NCBI GenBank assembly: GCA_023139255.1
Contig: JAGLNY010000125.1
Span: 1 to 33,795, forward strand
Source: Spirochaetales bacterium
GTDB lineage: Bacteria > Spirochaetota > Spirochaetia > JABMQR01
Reading direction: 5' to 3'
DNA length: 33,795 bases
Shown here: positions 21,181 through 30,882 of the stretch, one piece after another
Numbering within the stretch: position 1 is the first letter of the stretch
Layout of the letters: each line of letters begins with the position of its first letter
The notes under the pieces: generated by a model
Databases searched by the model: none
What the model was told of the DNA's origin: nothing
What the model saw: the letters and a program-made list of their open reading frames with translations, nothing else
Program-made: the position numbers and the translations under genes

Positions 21181-23309
21181 GTTGGGAAAAAAAAGTTGTA
21201 GACAGCAGACAAGTCAGGGAAATTAGCAAGAAATATTCTATAGACCTTATAATAGCCTCAATCCTGGAAAGGAGAGGGGCTTCAGCAAAAGAAGACATTA
21301 AATTTTATCTCGAATCCGATTTAGTATATCTCCATAACCCTTTTCTTTTTGAAGATATGGAAATTGCAGTAGACCGAATTCTGCAGGCTGTTGATGAGGG
21401 AGAGAAAGTACGGATTTTCGGGGATCGGGATGTTGATGGTATTACTTCTACTGTCCTTTTACACGAATGCCTGCAGGAAATGGGGATACAGATCAGCTGG
21501 CGTCTTCCTGAGGGGGATGAACCGTACGGATTAACAAAAGAAGGTGTTCGCCAGTTTGCTGATGAGGATGGAACCTTGATAATAACCGTGGATTGCGGAG
21601 TTACCAATAATACGGAAATTGCCTTTGCCGCAAGCCTGGGCGTAGATACCATAATTGTTGATCATCATTTAGTCGGAGAAATTCTTCCGCCGGCTCTGGC
21701 AATCATAAATCCAAAGATTGAGGGTTGCGGGTATCCTTTTCCGAATCTTGCGGGATGTGGAGTAACGGCAAAACTCATATGGGCACTTCATTTCTCCCGG
21801 ACTGATCTTTACAAACAAGAACTGGTTCTTCTTCATGCGGAACCCGGGAACGGGACAGTTATTATACAGGCAGCTAAATTTGAGAATCTGGTTGAGACTG
21901 ACAGGCTTACTGAGGAGATAGTTCCCGGTCTGCTGAAATTGGAATCATCACGATTGGCGGATTTCCTTGTTGGTCATCCGATTCTGGTTTATGACCGTGA
22001 CCTGGAGTATAAGCAGTTGAGAACTGCATTCGGGGAGAAAGTTGATATACATCTTGTTGATACAGCCCCGGAAATATGGAAGATATTTCCTTCGTTATCA
22101 GGAAAAAGCCTTCTCAGGCTGCAAGGTATCAGCAGATCTCTACAGTACAAAGAGGGGGAAATTCAGGAAATAGATGCGTTTATCTCTCTTTTTACAACCT
22201 TCGTAAAAATGAAAAACCCCTCTCTCTCTTCAGAATATCTTAAAATCCTGGATCTGGTCGCCATAGGAACTATTGCGGATATGATGCCGATGAAAAATGA
22301 GAACAGGATACTGGTTAAAAACGGTATGGCTCAATTGAATTCAGGCGGCAGGGAAGCGATGGTCTCATTTATGGTCGAACAGAATTTGATTGGCAAGAAG
22401 CTTTCAACCACTGATATCGGTTGGCAGGTTTCTCCCGTTTTTAATGCTGCAGGAAGGCTGGGGGTACCGCAGGTTGCCGCCAGACTGCTGCTCAGTCAAA
22501 ACAGGACAGAGCATGAAGAGCTGGCGAAAGAGTTGGTGAAGTTGAATAAAGAACGAAAGAAAATCGGGGAAAGCGCCTGGGATAGATTGTTCCCGAAAGC
22601 ACTAAAGAGTCTTGAGGAGCACAATAATAAATTGATTGTTCTGAATGACCGAAATCTTCATCGCGGTATAACCGGGATAATTGCGTCACGGCTTATGAAT
22701 CTCTATCATGTTCCATCAATAGTTATCGCGCATCTTGAAGAGAAGCTTATTGGTTCCATTAGAAGCAATAAGACTCTGAATGCTAAGGAATTTCTCAGTC
22801 AATTTGAGGATCTCCTGATAGATTTCGGCGGTCATCCGAGAGCTGCCGGGTTCAGTGTACAAAAACATAATTTTGAAGTATTTCTTAAGCGGGTACACCA
22901 GGCCTCACAAAATATTGATGTTCTCCATACTGAAGATGTTCTTTCTATTGATGCTGAAGTACCGTCTTCTTTCATGAATCCTGATTTAATAAAAATTGTT
23001 GAGATGATGGAACCTTACGGTGAGGAACACCGGCCGATTCAGTTTCTACTCAGGGATGCGGTAATTGATGAGCTGTCCCTTATGGGTAATGGTGATGCGA
23101 AGCATGTTAAGCTTTTAATCAGGTCAGGCTCGTATAAGTGGCCGGCAGTATTCTGGCGGGCCGGTGAACGGATAGATAGTGATTTTTCCCGGGGAGATAT
23201 GGTGGATCTGGTTTTCAGGCTGGGAAGAAATTATTTCAGAAATACTGAAACCTTGCAGCTGACCGTGCTGGATATATCCCGGGCAGGCCTCAACTCGGTT
23301 GACAAATAA
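21177..23309 (+). CDS. recJ: Single-stranded-DNA-specific exonuclease RecJ
   Basis: 710 aa. DHH-family motifs are present: IFGDRDVDGITS, ITVDCG, IIVDHH and the DHHA1 block GGHPRAAGF. It also has a C-terminal extension. Confidence 0.93.
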   Translation: MSWEKKVVDSRQVREISKKYSIDLIIASILERRGASAKEDIKFYLESDLVYLHNPFLFEDMEIAVDRILQAVDEGEKVRIFGDRDVDGITSTVLLHECLQEMGIQISWRLPEGDEPYGLTKEGVRQFADEDGTLIITVDCGVTNNTEIAFAASLGVDTIIVDHHLVGEILPPALAIINPKIEGCGYPFPNLAGCGVTAKLIWALHFSRTDLYKQELVLLHAEPGNGTVIIQAAKFENLVETDRLTEEIVPGLLKLESSRLADFLVGHPILVYDRDLEYKQLRTAFGEKVDIHLVDTAPEIWKIFPSLSGKSLLRLQGISRSLQYKEGEIQEIDAFISLFTTFVKMKNPSLSSEYLKILDLVAIGTIADMMPMKNENRILVKNGMAQLNSGGREAMVSFMVEQNLIGKKLSTTDIGWQVSPVFNAAGRLGVPQVAARLLLSQNRTEHEELAKELVKLNKERKKIGESAWDRLFPKALKSLEEHNNKLIVLNDRNLHRGITGIIASRLMNLYHVPSIVIAHLEEKLIGSIRSNKTLNAKEFLSQFEDLLIDFGGHPRAAGFSVQKHNFEVFLKRVHQASQNIDVLHTEDVLSIDAEVPSSFMNPDLIKIVEMMEPYGEEHRPIQFLLRDAVIDELSLMGNGDAKHVKLLIRSGSYKWPAVFWRAGERIDSDFSRGDMVDLVFRLGRNYFRNTETLQLTVLDISRAGLNSVDK

Positions 23310-23341
23310 AAAATTATACGTTATATCATACATAGTATTAA

Positions 23342-23367
23342 TGAGTTCCCTGAAAAAAGGGAACTCA
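23342..23367 (+). terminator. 10-bp stem hairpin downstream of recJ
   Basis: TGAGTTCCCT (23342-23351) pairs with AGGGAACTCA (23358-23367) around the loop gaaaaa. No strong T-tract follows, so terminator function is uncertain. Confidence 0.4.
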
Positions 23368-23395
23368 CAAAATGAATGCCACTAAATATCGGCAC

Positions 23396-23427
23396 TTCGT
23401 ACTATCTATTACACTATATATAGTGTA
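23396..23427 (+). promoter_or_regulatory. Candidate rpsU promoter overlapped by a perfect 18-bp palindrome
   Basis: TTCGTA (23396-23401), a 17-nt spacer, then TATAGT (23419-23424). The palindrome TACACTATA|TATAGTGTA spans 23410-23427 and covers the -10. Confidence 0.4.
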
Positions 23428-23485
23428 TATTTTTGTTCGTTATTAGTTTTTTCAGTGCATTCATTAATTCCCTAAGGGGAAGGGG

Positions 23486-23704
23486 GTGATTACTATAGCT
23501 TTCGTACGTGTTGATGATAATGAACCATTAGAAAAATCAATCAAACGGTTTAAAAGAATGGTTGAAAAAGAGGGTATTATTCGTGAATGGAAAAAACGCG
23601 AGTATTTTGAGAAACCTTCTACCATTAAGAATAGAATGAAAAAAGCTCTCGAACGTAAACAAATGAAGAAAGTTCGAAAGTTGAAAGCTATGAAAAATTA
23701 TTAA
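23486..23704 (+). CDS. rpsU: 30S ribosomal protein S21 (bS21)
   Basis: 72 aa. [39 protein letters not shown] is the classic S21 pattern, with a basic tail. The start is GTG, after the purine-rich AAGGGGAAGGGG. Confidence 0.9.
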   Translation: MITIAFVRVDDNEPLEKSIKRFKRMVEKEGIIREWKKREYFEKPSTIKNRMKKALERKQMKKVRKLKAMKNY

Positions 23705-23780
23705 GCCCAGTTGCTGATAATTGAGGCAATTTTAAAGTTGTCATTTATAGAAACCAATCCGGCTTCATTAAAGCCGTCAG

Positions 23781-23810
23781 AAAAACTGCTGTCAAAACAG
23801 CAGTTTTTTT
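23781..23810 (+). terminator. Rho-independent terminator after rpsU
   Basis: AAAAACTGCTG (23781-23791) pairs with CAGCAGTTTTT (23798-23808) around a 6-nt loop. The T-run reaches 23810. Confidence 0.8.
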
Positions 23811-23870
23811 ATGCATACCGAGTATTATGTAATAATTATTACAGAATTCCTAAAATATATCTAAAAATAT

Positions 23871-23899
23871 TTGACATTAACTCAATATATAGATAGAAT
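23871..23899 (+). promoter_or_regulatory. Near-consensus sigma70 promoter for the serA-serC(-lrp-gcv) genes
   Basis: TTGACA (23871-23876), exactly 17 nt, then TAGAAT (23894-23899). Confidence 0.6.
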
Positions 23900-23915
23900 A
23901 GCCGTATACCAATCC

Positions 23916-23987
23916 AGGAGCCTGTCGGACTTGGTGCTTTTGCATTTGTTTTTACCTACCCAAAATGATTTAGTCCGATAAACTCCT
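23916..23987 (+). repeat. 72-bp short copy of the hairpin-forming inverted-repeat element, in the serA 5' leader
   Basis: AGGAGCCTGTCGGACTTGGTGCTTTT...AAAATGATTTAGTCCGATAAACTCCT. The outer 16 positions pair with 2 mismatches and 1 G-U. It is homologous to both arms of the 9834-10000 copy. Confidence 0.6.
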
Positions 23988-24006
23988 AATACCAAGGAGT
24001 GAACTA

Positions 24007-24900
24007 ATGCTTATTCTTATCGAAGATGCATTTGATGCCAACTTACCCGGGACTTTAGCGGCTTTTGGCGAGATCACAGAAGATTCTTCCCGTTTAGCAG
24101 AAGCAAATATTGTGCTTGTGCGAAGCAAGACAAAATGCACAAAGGAATATATTGACTCAGCCCCGAAACTTAAACTGATAATTCGCGGCGGGGTGGGTAT
24201 TGATAATATTGATAAGGATTATGCTGAAAGCAAAGGCATTGTTGTCAGGAATACCCCAAAGGCATCCTCAATTGCTGTAGCCGAACTTGCATTTGCACTC
24301 ATGTTATCGGTACCGAATAAAATTATTGCGGCTCACAATGGGATGGCTGATGGGAAATGGCTGAAAAAAAATATCAAACGAACAGAGCTTTTCGGTAAAA
24401 CTCTTTGCCTGATTGGAATAGGGAATATTGCAAAAGAGGTAGCAAAACGGGCATCCGCTTTTGGGATGAAGGTTGTAGCCTATGATAAGTATGTCGCCGA
24501 AAGTCAGGAAGCTGACATGAAACAGACTATCGAGGAAGCCGTACAGGATGCTGATTATATATCAATGCATCTTCCCTTAACTCCGGAAACAAACGGATTG
24601 TTTAATGAAAATCTTATTGCTTCCTGCAGAAAAAAACCTGTTGTGATAAATACAGGACGGGGAGGCTGTGTCGATGCTGATGCCATGGTGAATGCGTTGG
24701 AGAACGGAAGTATAAGCTGGTATGCTGTTGATGTCTGGCCGTCAGACCCTCCATCACCGGATTATCCTATTTTACGTGCACCCAATGTAACAATGACACC
24801 CCATATTGGGGCCGGCAGTAAGGAAAACCTGCTACGGATAGGACAGGAAGCCTATTCAATAATTCAAAAAGAAATTCAGGATAAGGGAGAAGTTTCATGA
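24007..24900 (+). CDS. serA: D-3-phosphoglycerate dehydrogenase-like 2-hydroxyacid dehydrogenase (short form, no ACT domain)
   Basis: 297 aa. Blocks: GVGIDNID, NTP..S..AVAEL...L.L, NAD-binding LIGIGNIAKEVAKR, MHLPLT..T, NTGRGG.VD and TPHIGA. It is ATGA-coupled to serC. SD AAGGAG lies at 23994-23999. Confidence 0.82.
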   Translation: MLILIEDAFDANLPGTLAAFGEITEDSSRLAEANIVLVRSKTKCTKEYIDSAPKLKLIIRGGVGIDNIDKDYAESKGIVVRNTPKASSIAVAELAFALMLSVPNKIIAAHNGMADGKWLKKNIKRTELFGKTLCLIGIGNIAKEVAKRASAFGMKVVAYDKYVAESQEADMKQTIEEAVQDADYISMHLPLTPETNGLFNENLIASCRKKPVVINTGRGGCVDADAMVNALENGSISWYAVDVWPSDPPSPDYPILRAPNVTMTPHIGAGSKENLLRIGQEAYSIIQKEIQDKGEVS

Positions 24901-25982
24901 GCAGAAAAAAGATTTTTTTTGCAGGACCATCAGTTTTACCTGTAGAGGTTTTGAAAGAGATGCAGGATCAGATTTTCGATTATGATAATAGTGGTCTCTC
25001 TATAATTGAGGCAAGCCACAGGGGTGGTGCTTTCGATAAACTCTATCATGACTGTCTGGACCTTATGAGGGAACTTTTGTCTATACCCGATGATTACAGT
25101 GTGTTTTTTCTCGGCGGCGGTGCGACAACACAGTTTGCAATGATACCGATGAATTTTCTCCCGTCAAATAAGACGGCTGACTATGTAAAATCGGGATCTT
25201 GGTCGAATAAAGCCTGCGATGATGCACAGAAATTAGGTAATGTACGTGTTTCCTTTGACGGTAAATCAAGTAATTATTCCACTCTCCCGAACCCGAAAAC
25301 TGTTATCGTTCCTCAGGATTCAGCATATTACTATCTCTGCTCGAATGAGACAATTGGCGGTATTGAATGGCAGTCCTGGCCTGAAACGGGCAACGTCCCT
25401 CTCATTGCCGATATGTCTAGTGATATTTTCAGCCGGCCGGTTCCCGTAGAGAAATTCAGTATGATATATGGTGGTGTCCAGAAGAATCTTGGACCAGCCG
25501 GGGCAACTTTTATCATTATACGAAATGATATGCTTGATAGGATACCATCCGGTCTGCCTGCTTATTTTGATTATAGAACACACAGCAAAGCAGACGGGTT
25601 GTATAATACCCCTCCCGTATTTTCTATCTGGGGTGTTAAACTGGTTCTTGAATGGGTTAAAAAATTGGGCGGAGTATCTGCCATGCAGGAGCGTGCAGTT
25701 GTGAAATCCTCGCTTATTTATGAGGCAATAGATGAAAGTAATGGATTCTATCTTTCCCCGGTAGATTCTGCGTACAGATCCAAAATGAATATCGTTTTCA
25801 GGCTGCCCACTCCCGAGCTGGATGCAGAATTTGTTTCTGAAGCCCAAAAACTTGGCATGCTGGGGCTCAAGGGCCACCGTAGTGTTGGTGGATGCCGGGC
25901 CTCTGTTTATAATGCCCTGCCGAAAGAAGATGTAGTATTTATCAGGGACTTTATGAGAAGTTTTGCGGCGGATAAAAGCTAG
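24897..25982 (+). CDS. serC: Phosphoserine aminotransferase
   Basis: 361 aa. Typical SerC blocks are present: FAGPSVLP.EVL, IEASHRG..F, GGGATTQFAMIPMNF, YGGVQKNLGPAG (PLP-lysine context) and NTPP.F. Confidence 0.93.
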   Translation: MSRKKIFFAGPSVLPVEVLKEMQDQIFDYDNSGLSIIEASHRGGAFDKLYHDCLDLMRELLSIPDDYSVFFLGGGATTQFAMIPMNFLPSNKTADYVKSGSWSNKACDDAQKLGNVRVSFDGKSSNYSTLPNPKTVIVPQDSAYYYLCSNETIGGIEWQSWPETGNVPLIADMSSDIFSRPVPVEKFSMIYGGVQKNLGPAGATFIIIRNDMLDRIPSGLPAYFDYRTHSKADGLYNTPPVFSIWGVKLVLEWVKKLGGVSAMQERAVVKSSLIYEAIDESNGFYLSPVDSAYRSKMNIVFRLPTPELDAEFVSEAQKLGMLGLKGHRSVGGCRASVYNALPKEDVVFIRDFMRSFAADKS

Positions 25983-26008
25983 AGAAGTTTCTCAGAAGGA
26001 AAAAAGTT

Positions 26009-26458
26009 ATGAAAATTGATGATATGAATATTGCTATAATTAAGCAGCTGAGGGACGGGCGAAAATCCTATAGTGCCATAGCTGAGGAATTATCTGTAAC
26101 TGAAAATACAGTGCGATCCCGTGTCAACAAGCTCGTTGAGGAAAATGTACTGGAAATTACCGGATTAGTTAATCCCGAATCACTCCCCGGGGTTCAGATA
26201 GTGGTTATGATGGTTAAACTCAAAACCATGGACTTGGGGAGGAAGGCGGAAGAATTTACCAGGTTGAAAGGAGTGATCTCTGCATCGGTAGTTACCGGTC
26301 GGTACGACCTTCTGGTGCAGGTTCTCCTTAATGAGGAAGAAGAGTACTCACTATTAGAATTCTTCACAAAAGAACTCGTTAAAATTGCGGAAATACAGGA
26401 TGTTGAGACTTTTGTTATCTATCAGGCTTATGGGTTAAGAGTTCCTTATATTTTGTAA
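26009..26458 (+). CDS. Lrp/AsnC-family transcriptional regulator
   Basis: 149 aa. It has an N-terminal HTH (IIKQLRDGRKSYSAIAEELSVTENTVRSRVNKL) and a C-terminal RAM/AsnC_trans_reg domain. Confidence 0.9.
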   Translation: MKIDDMNIAIIKQLRDGRKSYSAIAEELSVTENTVRSRVNKLVEENVLEITGLVNPESLPGVQIVVMMVKLKTMDLGRKAEEFTRLKGVISASVVTGRYDLLVQVLLNEEEEYSLLEFFTKELVKIAEIQDVETFVIYQAYGLRVPYIL

Positions 26459-26473
26459 AAAAGGGGGTGCTTC

Positions 26474-27604
26474 GTGAAAAGAACACCGCTATATGAAGCG
26501 TACAAAGAGTACGAAGGTGTTAAAATAATAGAGTTCGGGGGCTGGGAGCTCCCTGTAAATTTCTCCACCGGGATTATTGGGGAACATACCGCAGTCAGAA
26601 ATAAGGCAGGGTTGTTTGATGTCTCTCATATGGGTGAAGTTATTGTTGAAGGTCCCGGCAGCGGTGAGTACGTTAATGGGCTTCTTACAAATAACATCTC
26701 CAGTTTAGGCGATGGAGAAGTTATGTATTCTCTCATGTGCTACCCGGATGGCGGGGTTGTTGATGACTTGATTGTATACCGCATTTCTTCTGAAAAATAT
26801 TTTCTGGTACTAAATGCAGCTAATATTGAGAAAGATTTTACCTGGATAACATCGGGAAACCCTGCCGCGCTCGGGAAAATAGATGATAGTCTGAAAATAG
26901 AAAATATTTCAGACCGATATTGTCAACTGGCTGTTCAGGGACCGCATGCTGAAGCTGTCCTGAAAACCCTTTACCCGGGAACCGGTGATATTAAATTTTT
27001 TACATTTGTTTCCGATGCAGAAATTTGCGGATATGAAGTTCTTGTCTCCAGAACCGGGTATACCGGTGAGGATGGCTTTGAAATATACTGCAGCAATGAA
27101 AGTGCCCCGATTATATGGGATTCACTTTTGGGTGCAGGTAAACATTTTGGAATTGTTCCCTGCGGCCTTGGAGCCAGGAATTCCCTGCGGCTGGAAGCAA
27201 AGCTTCCCTTATATGGTCATGAACTAAGCAGTACAATTACACCCTTGGAGGCCAATCTTTCCTATTTCGTGGATTTGGAAGGCCAGGATTTCTGCGGCAG
27301 GAATGCTTTAGTAAAACAAAAAGAGGAAGGCATCCCCCGAACACTCAGGGGAATCAGGATGCTGGATCGTGGAGTGCCGCGCCAGGGATACCCGGTTTAT
27401 CTGACAGGTGCTGAAAAACCAGCCGGATTTGTGACAAGCGGAACAAAATCCCCCACACTTAATGAATTTATTGGACTGATCCTGATTGAAAGAGGGACAG
27501 GTTTGAAAATCGGTGATACACTTGAAGTTGAGATACATAATAAAAGAAAAATAGCAGAACTTGTAAGAACACCTTTTTACAAGAAAAACAGGAGGCAGGA
27601 ATAG
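26474..27604 (+). CDS. gcvT: Glycine cleavage system T protein (aminomethyltransferase)
   Basis: 376 aa. Blocks: KRTPLYE, GWE.P, AVR..AGLFDVSHMGE, SRTGYTGEDGFEI and GLGARNSLRLEA. The start is GTG, after AAGGGGGTG. Confidence 0.95.
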   Translation: MKRTPLYEAYKEYEGVKIIEFGGWELPVNFSTGIIGEHTAVRNKAGLFDVSHMGEVIVEGPGSGEYVNGLLTNNISSLGDGEVMYSLMCYPDGGVVDDLIVYRISSEKYFLVLNAANIEKDFTWITSGNPAALGKIDDSLKIENISDRYCQLAVQGPHAEAVLKTLYPGTGDIKFFTFVSDAEICGYEVLVSRTGYTGEDGFEIYCSNESAPIIWDSLLGAGKHFGIVPCGLGARNSLRLEAKLPLYGHELSSTITPLEANLSYFVDLEGQDFCGRNALVKQKEEGIPRTLRGIRMLDRGVPRQGYPVYLTGAEKPAGFVTSGTKSPTLNEFIGLILIERGTGLKIGDTLEVEIHNKRKIAELVRTPFYKKNRRQE

Positions 27605-27605
27605 T

Positions 27606-27995
27606 ATGAGCAATGTAATTGCTGAATTGAAGTACACAAATAAACATGAATGGATAAAGATAGAAGGCGGGAAAGCTTATATCGGAATTACTGATTTTGC
27701 ACAGGAAGAGCTGGGTGAAATTGTCTATGTTGAACTTCCTGAAATAGGAGAGATATTTGAGGCTGATGATGAAATTGCCAGTCTTGAATCCGTGAAAGCC
27801 GCAGCAGCAATGTATAACCCTCTTTCGGGAAAAGTAATTGAAGTTAATGAGTCCCTTGAAGACGCTCCTGAACTGGTGAATGATGATCCTTATAAAAATT
27901 TTATCTATGTACTGGAATATTCCAATCCATCTGAGTTGGATGAGCTGATTAACGCTGATGCATATACTGCATTTATCGAATCTCTTGAGGAGTAG
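27606..27995 (+). CDS. gcvH: Glycine cleavage system H protein (lipoyl carrier)
   Basis: 129 aa. Blocks: YT..HEWI, GITDFAQEELGEIVYVELPE and the lipoyl-lysine context LESVKAA. Confidence 0.95.
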   Translation: MSNVIAELKYTNKHEWIKIEGGKAYIGITDFAQEELGEIVYVELPEIGEIFEADDEIASLESVKAAAAMYNPLSGKVIEVNESLEDAPELVNDDPYKNFIYVLEYSNPSELDELINADAYTAFIESLEE

Positions 27996-28007
27996 TGTGC
28001 GATAACT

Positions 28008-29357
28008 ATGAATTCGTATATACCGCATTCTGATGAAGATATACGCTCAATGCTTTCTGCTGTCGGCGTACAGAGCATAGATGAACTCTTTAATGATGTC
28101 CCGGAGGAATTGAGACTGAAACAGGACCTTGCTATTCCTGAAGGGATGTCAGAAGAGGAAGTTCTCAGACTGATCCGTAAATATGCATCAATGAACAGTT
28201 TAGGGACCTCTTATCTGGGTTGCGGATCGTATGACAGGATAATACCCTCAGCTGTTTCAGGTATAGTATCATTGCCGACTTTTACAACAGCATATACACC
28301 GTATCAACCTGAAATTTCACAGGGGGTCCTGCAGGCTATTTTTGAGTTTCAGACCATGATTTGTGAACTAACCGGATTGGATGTATCTAATGCATCACTA
28401 TATGATGGTCATACTGCTGCATCCGAGGCTGCAGCAATATGTTTTAACCAGCGGAGGAAATCCAAAACCCTGCTTGTATCTCCCACCGTGCACCCTTTTA
28501 CCATACAGGTACTAAAATCTTATTTCTCTGACATGGGTTTTTCCATAACCGTCCTGCCGGAAAAAGACGGAATGCCGGTGTTTGACTCCCTGTCATCATA
28601 TCTGGATTCTTCACTCGCCGGACTGCTTGTACAGTCACCAAATATCTATGGACTCCTTGAGGATTACTCAGGCATTGCTGATACACTGCATGAGGAAGGA
28701 GCGTTATTTATTATCTCCTCTGACCCAATGTCGTTGGGAATGGTGAAGTCCCAGGCTGAATGGGGTGCTGATATTGCAATTGGGGATACCCAGCCATTTG
28801 GGCTGCATCAGTGTTTCGGGGGACCAACTGCAGGGTATATAGCGGCCAAAGAGAAACTCTTAAGAAAAATGCCGGGAAGGATTTCCGGGCAGACAGTTGA
28901 TATAGACGGGAACCGTGCTTTTGTGCTTACCCTTCAGGCAAGGGAACAGCATATAAAACGGGAACGGGCAACCTCAAATATCTGTTCAAATCAGGCGCTG
29001 GCCGCCCTGACAACATCTGTATATATTTCCCTGACCGGTTGGGCAGGGATACAGCAGGCCGCTGAGTTGTCCTATCAAAAGGCTCATTATCTTGCTGAAA
29101 AACTTACTGAGACCGTTGGATTGTCCCCGGTTTGCAGTTCGCCTTTTTTCTGTGAATTCACTGTTGATTTTTCCACAACTGAGAGGGCAGAAAAATTTCT
29201 CTCAGGTATGAAAGAGAAGGGAATTTTTGCCGGTGTTCATTTAGGTGCTGTTTCACCGGGCCGGGAAGGCCTGGTAGCTATTGCAGTTACAGAAAAAAGG
29301 ACAAGAGAGGAACTGGACCTCTATGTTGAAGCAGCATTGGAGGCAGCGCATGAATGA
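28008..29357 (+). CDS. gcvPA: Glycine dehydrogenase (aminomethyl-transferring) subunit 1
   Basis: 449 aa. [21 protein letters not shown]-like [23 protein letters not shown] and NASLYDG.TA are typical of the split P-protein alpha subunit. Confidence 0.95.
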   Translation: MNSYIPHSDEDIRSMLSAVGVQSIDELFNDVPEELRLKQDLAIPEGMSEEEVLRLIRKYASMNSLGTSYLGCGSYDRIIPSAVSGIVSLPTFTTAYTPYQPEISQGVLQAIFEFQTMICELTGLDVSNASLYDGHTAASEAAAICFNQRRKSKTLLVSPTVHPFTIQVLKSYFSDMGFSITVLPEKDGMPVFDSLSSYLDSSLAGLLVQSPNIYGLLEDYSGIADTLHEEGALFIISSDPMSLGMVKSQAEWGADIAIGDTQPFGLHQCFGGPTAGYIAAKEKLLRKMPGRISGQTVDIDGNRAFVLTLQAREQHIKRERATSNICSNQALAALTTSVYISLTGWAGIQQAAELSYQKAHYLAEKLTETVGLSPVCSSPFFCEFTVDFSTTERAEKFLSGMKEKGIFAGVHLGAVSPGREGLVAIAVTEKRTREELDLYVEAALEAAHE

Positions 29358-30810
29358 GCGATTGATTTTTGAGAAATCGCGTAAGGGTAGAAGAGGATAT
29401 TTTTTTCCAGCCTGTGATATACCGGAAAATGAGCAAACACAATCTTTGCCGGATACCTATTCGAGATGTACGGTGCCGGAATTGCCTGAAGTATCTGAAA
29501 TTGATACTGTACGGCATTATAATCAGTTAAGCCGTAAAAGCTTTGGTGTTGATCTGGGATTTTATCCCCTTGGTTCCTGTACCATGAAATACAATCCCAA
29601 AGTAAATGAAGCGGCAGCTTCACTTGAGAAATTTACTGAACTTCATCCGCTTCAGGATTCATCAACTACACAGGGAGCATTGAAGCTCATGCATGAGTTA
29701 ACCGGGTATCTCTGTGAAATAACCGGGATGACCTGGGGAACTCTGCAGCCTTTTGCGGGTGCCCAGGGCGAATATACCGGAATGAAATTATTTCGTGCAT
29801 ATTTTACTCAGAAGGGAGAGATGCAAAGGAATAATCTTATTGTACCTTCATCTTCTCATGGGACAAACCCTGCTTCAGCCCATTTGGCTGGATTTACGGT
29901 TATTGAGATTCCGGCTGATGAACGCGGGATGGTTAACCCTGAATATCTTGAACCATATCTCAATGATGAACTTGCCGGTATAATGCTTACTAACCCCAAC
30001 ACTCTGGGATTATTTGAGACTGATATTTTAGCAGCAGCAAAAAAAATTCATGATGCAGGAGGATTGCTCTACTATGACGGGGCAAATATGAATGCAATTA
30101 TGGGCAAGGTCAGACCGGGCGATATGGGATTTGATGTAGTTCATCTTAATCTTCACAAAACATTCTCAACACCCCATGGAAGTGGAGGTCCGGGAGCTGG
30201 GCCGGTATTAGTTTCTGAAAGATTAACTCCATTCCTCCCTGTCCCTGATATTGGATTTGATGGGAAGAAATATAATTTTGTCTGGGACAAACCTATGACA
30301 ATGGGAAAAGTTTCCGGATTTAACGGTAACTTCGGAATACTTATCCGGGCATATACCTATATTCGTGTTATGGGAAGCAAAGGATTGAAAAAAGCTTCTG
30401 AAATGGCCGTCCTCAACGCAAATTATCTCAAAACCAGACTTATGTCCAAGTATGAGTTAAAGTACCCCGGGATTTGCAAACATGAATTTGTTCTCTCTGC
30501 AAGCCGTATAAAGGAAGAAACCGGCATCACTGCGATGGATATCGCAAAGGGGCTCCTGGATCTTGGGATTCATCCACCGACAATGTATTTTCCCTTAATT
30601 GTTCCTGAAGCATTAATGATAGAACCTACTGAAACTGAAACAAGGGAAACGTTGGATGATTTTGCGGATATCATGATACAGTTAGCAGAGCAGGCATATC
30701 ACGAACCGGAACTTCTCCATGCTGCACCAATAACTACACCGGTACGGCGTGTCGATGAAGTTCAGGCAGCACGTAAACCGGTTGTCCGGTGGCGAAAAGA
30801 ATCAAACTGA
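29350..30810 (+). CDS. gcvPB: Glycine dehydrogenase (aminomethyl-transferring) subunit 2
   Basis: [17 protein letters not shown].., [10 protein letters not shown] and [18 protein letters not shown]-like [18 protein letters not shown] (PLP-lysine). The ATG at 29350 overlaps the gcvPA stop (29355-29357). The track start at 29281 is an extension inside gcvPA. Confidence 0.95.
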   Translation: MNERLIFEKSRKGRRGYFFPACDIPENEQTQSLPDTYSRCTVPELPEVSEIDTVRHYNQLSRKSFGVDLGFYPLGSCTMKYNPKVNEAAASLEKFTELHPLQDSSTTQGALKLMHELTGYLCEITGMTWGTLQPFAGAQGEYTGMKLFRAYFTQKGEMQRNNLIVPSSSHGTNPASAHLAGFTVIEIPADERGMVNPEYLEPYLNDELAGIMLTNPNTLGLFETDILAAAKKIHDAGGLLYYDGANMNAIMGKVRPGDMGFDVVHLNLHKTFSTPHGSGGPGAGPVLVSERLTPFLPVPDIGFDGKKYNFVWDKPMTMGKVSGFNGNFGILIRAYTYIRVMGSKGLKKASEMAVLNANYLKTRLMSKYELKYPGICKHEFVLSASRIKEETGITAMDIAKGLLDLGIHPPTMYFPLIVPEALMIEPTETETRETLDDFADIMIQLAEQAYHEPELLHAAPITTPVRRVDEVQAARKPVVRWRKESN

Positions 30811-30882
30811 TTTATTTACATTTTGTGTTGTTTTATCATGTAAAGATTTGTACAATAGATACAACTTTTTCCGGGGGTACAT

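Noticed and set aside
23711-23896. 61-aa plus-strand ORF between rpsU and serA.
   Set aside because: It runs through the rpsU rho-independent terminator and the serA promoter. It has no RBS and is low in complexity.
25320-25877. 185-aa minus-strand ORF and neighbouring small ORFs (25081..25704).
   Set aside because: They lie antisense or out of frame within serC, which has strong family motifs.
23900-26473. Glycine riboswitch, T-box or other known riboswitch ahead of serA or gcvT.
   Set aside because: The gaps before lrp and gcvT are 15-26 nt. The serA leader is occupied by the inverted-repeat element, which lacks the glycine-riboswitch conserved cores as I remember them. An Rfam scan would still be the decisive check.
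27468-28028. 186-aa minus-strand ORF spanning the gcvT end and gcvH.
   Set aside because: It lies antisense to two unambiguous glycine-cleavage genes. It is Phe/Ile-rich and low in complexity.
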